From the NCBI RefSeq assembly GCF_032444005.1, contig NC_091284.1, positions 433,814,001 through 433,878,000 on the forward strand: 64,000 nucleotides of DNA. Direction: 5' to 3'. The stretch comes from Ranitomeya imitator (taxonomy: Eukaryota). The position numbers were made by a program, and so were the translations under genes. Under the pieces are notes generated by a model, which was not told the DNA's origin, did not search any database, and saw nothing but the letters and a program-made list of their open reading frames with translations. Position 1 is the stretch's first letter; the number at the start of each line of letters is the position of its first letter. This document shows, one piece after another, positions 50,695 through 62,386 of the stretch.

Positions 50695-52301
50695 CAGTGG
50701 GGCAAAAAAGTATTTAGTCAGTCAGCAATAGTGCAAGTTCCACCACTTAAAAAGATGAGAGGCGTCTGTAATTTACATCATAGGTAGACCTCAACTATGG
50801 GAGACAAACTGAGAAAAAAAAATCCAGAAAATCACATTGTCTGTTTTTTTATCATTTTTTTTTGCATTTTATGGTGGAAAATAAGTATTTGGTCAGAAAC
50901 AAACAATCAAGATTTCTGGCTCTCACAGACCTGTAACTTCTTCTTTAAGAGTCTCCTCTTTCCTCCACTCATTACCTGTAGTAATGGCACCTGTTTAAAC
51001 TTGTTATCAGTATAAAAAGACACCTGTGCACACCCTCAAACAGTCTGACTCCAAACTCCACTATGGTGAAGACCAAAGAGCTGTCAAAGGACACCAGAAA
51101 CAAAATTGTAGCCCTGCACCAGGCTGGGAAGACTGAATCTGCAATAGCCAACCAGCTTGGAGTGAAGAAATTAACAGTGGGAGCAATAATTAGAAAATGG
51201 AAGACATACAAGACCACTGATAATCTCCCTCGATCTGGGGCTCCACGCAAAATCCCACCCCGTGGGGTCAGAATGATCACAAGAACGGTGAGCAAAAATC
51301 CCAGAACCACGCGGGGGGACCTAGTGAATGAACTGCAGAGAGCTGGGACCAATGTAACAAGGCCTACCATAAGTAACACACTACGCCACCATGGACTCAG
51401 ATCCTGCAGTGCCAGACGTGTCCCACTGCTTAAGCCAGTACATGTCCGGGCCCGTCTGAAGTTTGCTAGAGAGCATTTGGATGATCCAGAGGAGTTTTGG
51501 GAGAATGTCCTATGGTCTGATGAAACCAAACTGGAACTGTTTGGTAGAAACACAACTTGTCGTGTTTGGAGGAAAAAGAATACTGAGTTGCATCCATCAA
51601 ACACCATACCTACTGTAAAGCATGGTGGTGGAAACATCATGCTTTGGGGCTGTTTCTCTGCAAAGGGGCGAGGACGACTGATCCGGGTACATGAAAGAAT
51701 GAATGGGGCCATGTATCGTGAGATTTTGAGTGCAAACCTCCTTCCATCAGCAAGGGCATTGAAGATGAAACGTGGCTGGGTATTTCAACATGACAATGAT
51801 CCAAAGCACACCGCCAGGGCAACGAAGGAGTGGCTTCGTAAGAAGCATTTCAAGGTCCTGGAGTGGCCTAGCCAGTCTCCAGATCTCAACCCTATAGAAA
51901 ACCTTTGGAGGGAGTTGAAAGTCCGTGTTGCCAAGCGAAAAGCCAAAAACATCACTGCTCTAGAGGAGATCTGCATGGAGGAATGGGCCAACATACCAAC
52001 AACAGTGTGTGGCAACCTTGTGAAAACTTACAGAAAACGTTTGACCTCTGTCATTGCCAACAAAGGATATATTACAAAGTATTGAGATGAAATTTGGTTT
52101 CTGACCAAATACTTATTTTCCACCATAATATGCAAATAAAATGTTAAAAAAACAGACAATGTGATTTTCTGGATTTTTTTTTCTCAGTTTGTCTCCCATA
52201 GTTGAGGTCTACCTATGATGTAAATTACAGACGCCTCTCATCTTTTTAAGTGGTGGAACTTGCACTATTGCTGACTGACTAAATACTTTTTTGCCCCACT
52301 G
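50695..52301 (+). mobile_element. Full-length intact Tc1 transposon (1607 bp)
   Basis: ~210-bp TIRs (CAGTGGGGCAAAAAAGTATTTAG...), TA duplication at 50693-50694 and 52302-52303, intact transposase. Confidence 0.97.
51063..52085 (+). CDS. Tc1 DD34E transposase, 340 aa, uninterrupted
   Basis: Paired-like HTH, GAPRK linker, [14 protein letters not shown] and SPDLNPIE. I counted 34 residues between the second D and the E. Confidence 0.97.
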   Translation: MVKTKELSKDTRNKIVALHQAGKTESAIANQLGVKKLTVGAIIRKWKTYKTTDNLPRSGAPRKIPPRGVRMITRTVSKNPRTTRGDLVNELQRAGTNVTRPTISNTLRHHGLRSCSARRVPLLKPVHVRARLKFAREHLDDPEEFWENVLWSDETKLELFGRNTTCRVWRKKNTELHPSNTIPTVKHGGGNIMLWGCFSAKGRGRLIRVHERMNGAMYREILSANLLPSARALKMKRGWVFQHDNDPKHTARATKEWLRKKHFKVLEWPSQSPDLNPIENLWRELKVRVAKRKAKNITALEEICMEEWANIPTTVCGNLVKTYRKRLTSVIANKGYITKY

Positions 52302-52394
52302 TATGTATATATAATATATATATATATATACTATATATATATATACTCAAAAATATTTCCCGGATCCGTGCTTTCCTTGACCGCGACACAGCAA

Positions 52395-53105
52395 AAACGC
52401 TAGTGCATGCCCTTATCATCTCCCGCCTTGACTACAGCAACCTCCTACTCTCTGGACTCCCCTCTAGCACTCTGGCACCGCTCCAATCCATCCTACACTC
52501 TGCTGCCCGACTAATCTACCTGTCTCCCCGCTATTCCCCAGCCTCTCCCCTATGTCAAGCCCTTCACTGGCTTCCTATCGCCCAGAGACTCCAGTTCAAA
52601 ACCCTCACAATGACATACAAAGCCATCCACAACCTTTCTCCTCCATACATCTGTGACATGGTCTCCCGGTACCTACCTACACGCAACCTCCGATCCTCTC
52701 AAGACCTCCTTCTCTACTCCCCTCTCATCTCTTCTTCCCACAACTGCATCCAAGACTTCTCCCGTGCTTGCCCCATACTCTGGAACTCTCTACCCCAACA
52801 CATCAGACTCTCGCCTACCATAGAAACCTTCAAAAAGAACCTGAAGACCCACCTCTTCCGACAAGCCTACAGCCTGCAGTGGTCCTGAAGTTACTGAACC
52901 GCCACGCAACCTGCCCTACCCTCTCCTAGTGTTTCATCACCCCTCCCCTGCAGACTGTGAGCCCTCGCGGGCAGGGTCCTCCCTCCTTATGTACCCGTGT
53001 GCCTGTTATCTGCTCATGTTTAATGTATTTGTCTACATTTGCCTCGTATTCACATGTAAAGCGCCATGGAATAAATGGCGCTATAAAAATGTATAATAAT
53101 AATAA
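52395..53105 (+). mobile_element. 5'-truncated L2 LINE
   Basis: HALIISRLDYSNLLLSGLP, LHWLPIAQRLQFK and FKKNLKTHLF; GGCGCTATAAAAATG(TAA)n tail. Confidence 0.9.
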
Positions 53106-53113
53106 TATATATA

Positions 53114-54505
53114 ATCTCAAAAAATTAAAAGGAACACTTAACAGAATAGAGCTCGAAGTAAATCAAACTTCTGTGAAATCAAACTGTCCACTTAGGAAGC
53201 AGCAGTGTTTGACAATCAATTTCACATGCTGTTGTGCAAATGGAATAGACAACTGATGGAAATTATTGGCAATTATCAAGACACACTCGATAAAGGAGTG
53301 GTTCTGCAGGTGGGGACTACAGATGACATCTCAGTACTAATGCTGTCTGGCTAATGTTTTGGTCACTTTTGAATGTTGGTTGTGCTTTTACACTCGTGGT
53401 AGCATGAGATGGGCTCAACAACCCACAGAAGTGGCTCAGGTAGTGCAGCTCATCCAGGATGGCACATAAATGCGAGCTGTGGCAAGAAGGTTTGCTGTGT
53501 CTGTCAGCGTAGTGTACAGAGGCTGGAGGCACTACCAGGAGACGTGGAGGGGGCTGTAGGAGGGCAACAACCCAGCAGCAGAACCGCTACCTCAGCCTTT
53601 GTGCAAAGAGGCACAGGAGGAGCACTGCCAAAGTCCTGCAAAATGACCTCCAGCAGGCCACAAATGTGCATGTGTCTGCACAATTGGTTAGAAACTGACT
53701 CCATGAGGATGGTCTGAGTGCCTAACGTCCACAGATGGGGGTTGTGCTCACAGCCCAACACAATGCAGGACGCTTGATATTTGCCACAGAACACCAGGAT
53801 TGGCAAATTCGCCACTGGCGCCCTGTGTTCTTCACAGATGAAAACAGGTTTACACTGAGTACATGTGACAGACGCACCAGAGTCTGGAGATGCCGTGGAG
53901 AGCGATCTGCCTGCAACATCCTTCAGCATGATCGGTTTGCAGTGGGTCAGTAATGGTGTGGGGTGGAATTTCTTTGGAGGGTCGCACAGCCCTCCATGTG
54001 CTCGCCAGAGATAGCCTGACTGCCATTAGGTACCGAGATGAGATCCTCAGACCCCTTGTGAGACCATATGCTGGTACGTTGGCCCTGGGTTCCTCCTAAT
54101 GCAGGATAATGCCAGACCTCATGTGGCTGGAGTGTGTCATCAGTTCCTACAAGATGAAGGCATTGAAGCTATGGAATGGCCCGCCCATTCCCCATACCTG
54201 TATCCGATTGAACACATCTAGGACATCATGTCTCGCTCCATCCATCAATGTCACATTGCAACACAGACTGCCAGGAGTTGGCGGATGCTTTAGTCCAGGT
54301 CTGGGAGGAGATCCCTCAGACCATCCACTGCCTCATCAAGAGCATTCCCAGGCATTGTAGGGAGGTCATACAGTTTGCTGAAGACAAGTAGACTAAGGAC
54401 AGTGTTTACTTTAACCATGTCCTATGGTCCGATGAGACCAAGATAAACCTATTGGTTCAGATGGTGTCAAGTGTGTGTAGTGACAACCAGGTGAGGAGTA
54501 CCATT
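53114..54505 (+). mobile_element. Decayed Tc1 element plus a short second Tc1 fragment (54365-54505)
   Basis: CTCAAAAAATTAAAAGGAACACT end; WRPVFFTDENRFTLSTCDRRTRVWRCRGER and other transposase remnants. Confidence 0.8.
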
Positions 54506-55029
54506 CTGCCACCGATGTACATGGGTGAGATGTGTCTGAGGGGTGTGAACACTGTTTTCTGTATAAGCAATAGCAGATAGCGTAAACTCGCTAACTGGTG
54601 CCTCTAATCCTGATGAGCTGCACGTGATTAGTCCATAAGGATGATGCAGTGATGAATTCAACAGGTTTTATTCATAGTACCTTGATGAGATGAGGTGAGT
54701 TATCAGGGAAAATGAAGGGATGAAGATGAGGTAGGAGTTACAGCTGATATTAGAAGCACAAAGTTAGAGGGAACAAGAGAATCCTTTCTCCGGTCCTGAA
54801 GCATGTGTTGTCACAGATGGCACTGACCACAAGAAGGAAGTGAGATAAAGATAGAAGTTGCAGAAAGAAAGGTATTATGGGTAAAGCACAGTAATATTAC
54901 ATGAACAACATAATATAACAACGGTCAGTAGATGTCAGCAAGGTACAAAAAAACAATAGAATTAAACCATATACATTGGATAATGTCCTATAATGACAAA
55001 ATCTTTGCAAAAGATTAGCTAACAGCACA

Positions 55030-55154
55030 CACCCTGTCAAGAATTCAACTTCACCTGTGAGAAATATACACTACTGGCCCTTTTAGAAGAAAAGGTGCGG
55101 GGTCTGGAAGAAAGAATAGACAGAAGAAAAGCATCTCTACTAGTCACAGAAGGT
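55030..55154 (+). mobile_element. CR1 ORF1 fragment, left part of the CR1 split by Penelope
   Basis: NFTCEKYTLLALLEEKVRGLEERIDRRKASLLVTEG continues in frame as EERVREPPKADEWKHVTKR after 62403. Confidence 0.75.
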
Positions 55155-55438
55155 AAAAAAAAGCAACAACAAACAAATCTGGATAGGGAATAATAAAATA
55201 TATCTAAAGAATATATATAAAAAAACGCCAAAGAGCATATGATATTAATTAAAAAGCCTTTATTTGAAATTTTGGCAAAATGGCACTGATCACATGTGCC
55301 AGTACTTGAAAAAAATCATAGAACCAAAATAAATCTCAGGACGGACAATCATACATATAAATCAATATATGGACACAGGGTGTAAGAAAACTACTGTATA
55401 CCCACTGAAAAGGATATATATAAAAAAATATATATATA

Positions 55439-57057
55439 TCTATAATATAACGCTGGGAGCGTCACTCTGTCCGAAGCCTTTATGGACTGCGCAAGCGCCG
55501 GCGCAGTCTGGGCCTCACAGAGTGACGCTCCCAGGAGATCGCGGTATGCGTAAGCACTGAACACACACCGCGATCTCCAACAGAGAAGCAGGGACCGCCA
55601 GGAGGGTAAGTATGAGCTGTATTCACCTGGCCCCGTTCCACCGCTGCGTGCTGCCATCTTCCCGGTCCTCGGCCTGTGACCTTCAGTTCAGAGGGCGCGA
55701 TGATGCGCTTAATGCGCGCCGGCGCCGCCCTCTGACTGACCAGTCACAGCCAGAGGACCGGGAAGATGGCGGCGCGCAGCGGTGGAACGGGGCCAGGTGA
55801 ATATAGTAAGTGCTGGGGGGCCTGAGCTGGCGGCGATACCGGCACCTGACCCCGACAGCGCGCCGGTGTCCCCACCTGCTCAGGCTCCCCAGCACTCGGC
55901 GCCCAGCGACCATAGGTGAGTATGGTATTTTTTTTATATATATATTTCAGCAGCATACGGGGGCATACACACTGGAGCGTCTTATGGGGGCCATAAACCT
56001 TTATGGAGCAGTGTACGGGGGCATACACATTGGAGCATCTTATGGGGCCATAAACCATAATGGAGCATCTTATGGGGCCATAAACCATAATAGAGCAGTG
56101 TACGGGGGCATATAGTATGGAGCATCTTATGGGCCCATAAACCATAATGGAGCAGTGTACGAGGGCATATAGTATGGAGCATCTTATGGGGGCCATAAAC
56201 CTTTATGGAACAGCGTATGGGGCATACACTATGGAGCCTCTTATGGGCGCCATAAACCATAATGGAGCAGTGTACGGGGCATATACTATGGAGCATCTTA
56301 TGGGGGCCATAAACCATAATGGAGCAGTGTACGGGGGCATATACCATGGAGCATCTTATGGGGGCTATAAACCTTTATGGAACAGCGTACGGGGCATACA
56401 TTATGGAGCATCTTATGGGGGCCATAAACCTTTATGGAGCAGTGTACGGGGGCATATACTTTGGAGCATCGTATGGGGGCCATAAACCGTTATGGAGCAG
56501 TGTACGGGGGCATATACTATGGAGTATCTTATGGGGGCCATCAACTTTTATGGAGAGGTGTACGGGGCATATACTATGGAGCATTTTATGGGGGCCATAA
56601 ACCTTTATGGAGCATCGTATGGGGCATATGGATGGGAGCAGCAAATTAAAGAACGGTGGCGCAGGATGGGAGCAGCACATGACAGAACGGGGTCGCAGGA
56701 TGGGAGCAGCACATGACAGAATAGGGCAGCACATGACAATAGGGCAGCACATGACAGAACGGGGGCGCAGGATGGGAGCAGCACATGTCAGGATGGGGGC
56801 GCAGGATGGGAGCAGCACATGTCAGAATGGGGGCGCAGGATGGAAGCAGCACATGTCAGAATGGGGGCGCAGGATGGGAGCAGCACATGACAGGATGGGG
56901 ACGCAGGATGGGTGCAGCACATGTCACAATGGAGGCGCAGGATGGGAACAGCACATGACAGGATGGGGGCACAGGATGGAGCAGCACATACCAGGATGGA
57001 GACCATATACCAATATAAATGCTCGCCACCCGGGCGTAGAACGGGTTCAATAGCTAG
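55439..57057 (+). mobile_element. Non-autonomous Helitron with minisatellites, nested in the Penelope 3' repeat
   Basis: A|TCTATAATATAACGCTGGG 5' end; ACCCG-9nt-CGGGT hairpin at 57028-57046 then CTAG|T; tandem repeats at 55960-56630 and 56630-57000. Confidence 0.87.
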
Positions 57058-57472
57058 TGTATATATATGTGCAAAGTGCTAGTGTGCTATGTAATAGTGA
57101 ACAATTCCAACACTATGTGTATGATTAAAAGTGCAACCGTGCTTATATAACCAATAAATAAAAGGCAGTATTTTAGCCAAACGTGTGGGGATTAAATCTA
57201 TATATCTAAATCATACCCATATATATAATATAATGCAAGCATAGAGTGTATCCTAAATGTTAAAAAATATATATATACGGGGAAATGTGGGACTAAGAGA
57301 GACTACCACTTACGAAATGAAAAACTAAGGAAGGTGGAGACAATATACTAAAAGACTGTGGGCCAATAATAGAAAAAATACACAGTGGTCCTAAAAATGA
57401 CAAGCCATATATGGCATAGAGCGAACAATGAGCTACCTGATGGCTGATGATGTCCGTCCCTCAAGTACAGCG

Positions 57473-57515
57473 CACCCCGACGCACGTTTCGGAATTAATC
57501 CTTCGTCAGGGGGTG
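57473..57515 (-). ncRNA. Minimal type I hammerhead ribozyme, intact core
   Basis: CACCCC-CTGACGA-A-GGA[TTAAT]TCC-GAAA-CGTGCG-TC-GGGGTG: 6-bp stem I, CUGACGA, stem II, GAAA, short quasi-palindromic stem III and a GUC cleavage triplet. Confidence 0.85.
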
Positions 57516-58783
57516 ATGTACATGTGGGACCGGACGGTTTATATACCCTTGAGATGAACGCCGATGAGAAGATGCGGGAGCACCAGCGGCGCATGCGCAG
57601 TCAGAAGGACCCGGAAGCTGAACAGAGCCCGCGTCACATTACCTGGCAGCAGAAAGGCTGCAGCCATGGAAACACAGACGCGGGATGGCCACTATCCAGG
57701 ACGCAGACCACGCATGCGCACCGCCACAGCATGCCTCAAATGGACGGTCAAAGGAACTAATTATGTGTGTGAATAAGAGGTAATGTGGAGTGTAAATCAA
57801 GTGCGTGCAGTGTGAAGATAAGGAGTGTGCAACCAGAAAAATATTAATAATAATGGGTAATAGTGAAAATAATAATAAGCAACAATATATGAATAAAACT
57901 GATAATATGAAAAGTAATATTCAGAGATATATTAACCTTTAGAATAAATGATACTAAAAAATATATATATATAAATAAGTAATTGAAAAAATGATTATAA
58001 AAAATAAATAAAGTCAAAAATGAAAAAATATGAAAAAAAAAATGAAAAAAATAATAAAAATAAAGATATATGGAAAAATAAATAAAGACTAAAATAAAAA
58101 ATATTAATAAATAATAAAATAATACAAATAAAAATAGTAGAATAAAATAAATATAAGAGGATAATCCTAAATATTAATAGATGATAATAGGAAATAATAA
58201 AGAAAAAATAATAAAAATAAAAAATATGATGTGAGTAATGAAATTATATAAAAAATATACATATATACACACATACATATACATATGCATACATATATAC
58301 GTACACACCCATACACACGTATACATATCGACTACTAAATCATAATACATATGGTATAATATAGTGCAAAAATACATATAGTCCATAGAAATAGAGTGTA
58401 CATGTGGTATTGTTGGAATATTTTCCTATATCGCTAAAAAGCTGGAAATAGTGAAAGCCATAAGATCCATCCATCGAGGGTCTTCTCACATTCCGTATAC
58501 ATAGAAAAAGGGACCATTCCAAAGGTAAACTAAATAATAAAAAGAAGAGATTATTAATATAAGGCACACAATATAAAAAGTATATTATATACAATAACCA
58601 AGGGTTAAAAACGATATATATATATAATATATAAATATTAAAATATTTCCACATTATAAAGGGCCACCAGGAATTTGTATATAAAGTATAAAAAATTAAG
58701 ACATAAAAGAGAACTACACATTAAAAGAACAATGTATATAAATGTAAAAGGATAAAAGCCGTACGGTACATAAGAAAGGAGGT

Positions 58784-61700
58784 TCACAAGAAAGAGGCAA
58801 AGCTAAAATTCTCATTTAAGCCTAGAGGAGAGACTGTTTTGAGGGTCCAAATCCATTTAGATTCCAATCTTGCCAATGGTATACTTACCGTACCACCTCT
58901 AATAGTGGATTTAATTGTATCAATCCCAATAACTCGTAGCAGTGACGCATCCGAGTCATGGCAAATTCTAAAGTGTTTTGGAAGAGTCTTGAGAGTAGAT
59001 ATGTCCTTAGTCTCTTTAGCGGCCAAGATCCCCAACACATGTTCACGAATACGAATTTTTAATTGTCGGGTGGTCAGGCCGACATATATTAGAGAACATG
59101 GGCAAGTAGCATAATATACTACTGCCTTGGTAGTACATGTTATAGACTGATTGATTTTAAAGGTCTTCAGACCATCTGAGCTTGTAAAGGTTTGAGCCCT
59201 CTCGAGATTAGGGCATGCCACACACCTGCCACAGGGACGGCAACCACCAGTCGGTTTAAAGACAGAGAGAAACGATGGTCTGACCTCTTCAACATAGTGG
59301 CTCTTGACCAATTGGTCTCCCAGGTTTTTTGGCCTTCTAAATGTTATACTGGGTTTTTCACCGATATACTGGGAAATAACAGGGTCCGCTTGAAGAATAG
59401 GCCAAGATTTCTCCAAAAAGTGTTGCATCAAGGTGGTCTGTCCCATGTATTGCGTTATATATCTCACCTGTTGATTAGGCATCTTTGGCGTAGAAGAATA
59501 TAGTGCTTGGTGCCTTGTGGTATTTCTGGCATGATTATATGCCTTTTTAATCGAACGGTGGCTATACCCTCTATCTAAGAACCTCAGCCTAAGGTCTGTT
59601 GCTTGTTTTTCAAAGTCCTCATCTGTAGAGCAAATTCTGCATAAACGCAGAAATTGGCCAATGGGTATGGATCTAATCATCGCTGGTGGATGCGAAGAGG
59701 AGGCATGTAAAAAGGAATTGACGGCTGTGGACTTCCGATATAAATCTGTAAACAGTCATCCATCCCTCTAAAGACTCTTACATCCAGGAACTCAATCTGA
59801 TCCATACTAAAGTGATACGTCAAATGTATATTATGTGGATTACAATTCAGTTGTAACATAAATTGATGTAATGATTCAACCGAGCCCTGCCAGATCAACA
59901 AAATGTCGTCAATGTACCGCGCCCAAAAGAGGACACGGTCCATTGACGACGAGTGATCCGATAGGAAGAGGTCCTTCTCCCACAGCCCCAGGAAAAGGTT
60001 GGCATAGGCGGGTGCAAAAGAAGCGCCCATGGCCGTCCCCTGGAGCTGCAGGTAGAAGGACCCCTTAAAAAGAAAAAAATTATGAGACAGAGTGAAAAAC
60101 AGCAATTGTTCCACAAAGGAATTCTTGTGGTTAGATGTGGTAGATGACTGTACATAAAATTGTGCTGCTCGTATACCATCCGTGTGTCGTATATTGGTAT
60201 AAAGCGATTCCACGTCGCATGTTACCAATAGTGTGTTGGTACCAATATACAGGCCATCAATTTTTTTAAGAATATCATTTGTGTCTTTAATAAAAGACGG
60301 TAAAACCTCTACCAAAGGCTGAAGTTCTGAATCTACAAATCTATTCACGTTCTCCAAATAATTGCCACATCCAGAAATAATTGGTCGACCCGGGGGAACC
60401 ATTTGGTTCTTATGGATTTTTGGCAGCAGATAAAGGGTGGGAATGGATGGTTCATGGGCCTGTAGGGCTGTAAACAGTTCCCTGCTAATAATTCCTTCGT
60501 CTTTAGCTGTTTCTAGAATAGAAAGCAATTCTGACTGAAATTTAATCAATGGATTGTACGTTAATTTTTTATAGCAGGTACTGTCTTTAAGTTGGCGTAA
60601 AGCATCTGACTCATATAGTGATTTTGGCCAAATCACCACATTCCCACCCTTATCTGCCGGTTTAAAGACTACATCCTGGAGATCTTGGAGTTTTTTGAAA
60701 GCTGACTCCTCCTCCCTGGTCAAATTACTCAGTTGGGGATAACGGGGTATTTTCTCAAAATCCTTGCTCACTGTTTTCACAAAGACCTCAACTGTTGAAC
60801 AAGAGGCAAGAGGAGGAAATCTCTTCGACCGTGGTTTGATGGACAAAGGAATCTTACCTCCAGGTGGGATGTCGTGTTCACGGCTCAACTCCTCTAAAAT
60901 TGCTAGTGTCTCTTGTTCTGTCTCTGTTGGGAACAATTTTGAGATTGTCTCATCGTGGAAATGCCGCTTAAATATTAACTTTCTGGCAAACAAATGCAAG
61001 TCCTTTATCGCCGTGAATCTATCAAACTGTGCAGTTGGACAAAACATAAGGCCCTTACACAGTAAATCATTTTCAATAGGAAAAAGTATATGATTACTCA
61101 GATTTATTACCTTAAAACCACTCCTGTAGTTTTCAGGGGAGTATCTAAAAGATCGCTTCAAAGGAAGAAAGCGTAGATCCCGTTTCCGCTTAGGAGTCAA
61201 ATCAGTTATAGCGAGTGCAGATGTTGAAGACGAAGCGCCAGATATATCACTTGCTGGTGGATTAGACGATATTGATGGAGTGCGAGTCCTAGTAAGATCA
61301 CGAGTATTCCTCTCTTCTTGTGGCTTACGCCATTTATATATTCTCCATTGGCTGAAGTCATTCCGATCTCTACTCAGTTTTTTCAGTTGGTCAGATTGTA
61401 TGTCTTTAACCCATTGGTTGATCAGTTTATCCAACTGTGTATCCAGAGCCTTGAACTGCTCTGAAGACAGGCATGCTTTAGCATTATTATATGCCGTATC
61501 CAAAGATTTATCTAATTCCAATGTTGAATTTAAATGGAATTTAATAAGGAGCTCCATTAATTTTTTGGAGGTATCATTGCAGATACATCCCCAGTCCTTA
61601 ATAAATTCATCACTGACAAAAAAGGCAGGAGTAACTTGGACCTTCAATCTTCTAGGAATTAATTGTTTTTGGATATAGTTTTCCAGAAATGCTTGGCTCC

Positions 61701-61849
61701 ACCAAGCGCGAGTTCTTTTATAAGTTAAATTTTTAATAGATTTAAACTGATGATTGTGAACCATCAATCATTGGTGTACTAGTACCATCGTTACCAAAAA
61801 CTTCATTAATCTGGCCTTTCCAGGAAAGCTCCCTGGATTTAAAATCCAT
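58784..61849 (-). pseudogene. Penelope polyprotein (N-terminal domain, RT, GIY-YIG with Cys-rich region), ~1020 codons, two frameshifts
   Basis: ATG at 61849 (MDFKSRELSWKG...). RT motifs KPADKGG, PPGRPIISG, DVESLYTNI, GTAMG and RYIDD; CRPCGRCVACP; VVYYATCPCSLIYVG; GLNENF. Frame changes near 61760 and 59745. Confidence 0.92.
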
Positions 61850-61920
61850 ATCCGTATTTTTGTTTGAAGAGAAAACCTGTGCAGAACACAGCAATGAACG
61901 GTAAGAAAGATGTACACAGT

Positions 61921-61957
<37 letters not shown>

Positions 61958-62386
61958 CCCCCAGAATACTATTACATTTATAAATAATCAGTGAAAATAT
62001 ATATGTATATATACAAGTGGGCTGAGTTTACTGATACATAAAGAAAAATGAGTGGCAAACCACTCTGGGCACTAAAAAAAGCAACAACAAACAGGCACAT
62101 GTGATCAGTGCCATTTTACCAAAATTTCAAAAAAGGCTTTTTAATAAATATCATATGCTCTTTGGCGTTTTTTATATATATTCTTTAGATATATTTTATT
62201 ATTCCCTATCCAGATTTGTTTGTTGTTGCTTTTCTTAGTGCCCAGAGTGGTTTGCCACTCATTTTTCTTTATGTATCAGTAAACTCCGCCCACTTGTATA
62301 TATACATATATATTTTCACTGATTATTTATAAATGGAATAGTATTCTGGTGGGTCCATATATATATATTACTGTGTACATATTTCT

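Larger units (their letters stand above)
55155..62386 (-). mobile_element. Near-intact Penelope-like retroelement with inverted 5' terminal repeat, 17-bp TSD and nested Helitron
   Basis: TSD TACTAGTCACAGAAGGT (55138-55154, 62387-62403). Inverted arms ~61901-62092 and 62218-62386. 55155-55300 is repeated inverted at 62095-62235. Contains an RT-GIY-YIG ORF and a hammerhead. Confidence 0.92.

Noticed and set aside
50972-51712. 246-aa minus-strand ORF
   Set aside because: An antisense shadow of the Tc1 transposase, with no independent evidence.
54575-54660. CTGATGAG...TGATGAA segment as another hammerhead; ORF 54467-54661
   Set aside because: No properly placed GAAA, stem III or NUH triplet, and the ORF has no recognisable motif.
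55744-57053. Many Cys/Met/Gly-rich ORFs on both strands
   Set aside because: Translations of Helitron minisatellites, with no domain signature.
58784-59680. GIY-YIG ORF as a bacterial or organellar homing endonuclease acquired horizontally
   Set aside because: It is the C-terminal part of the Penelope RT polyprotein, separated only by a frameshift.
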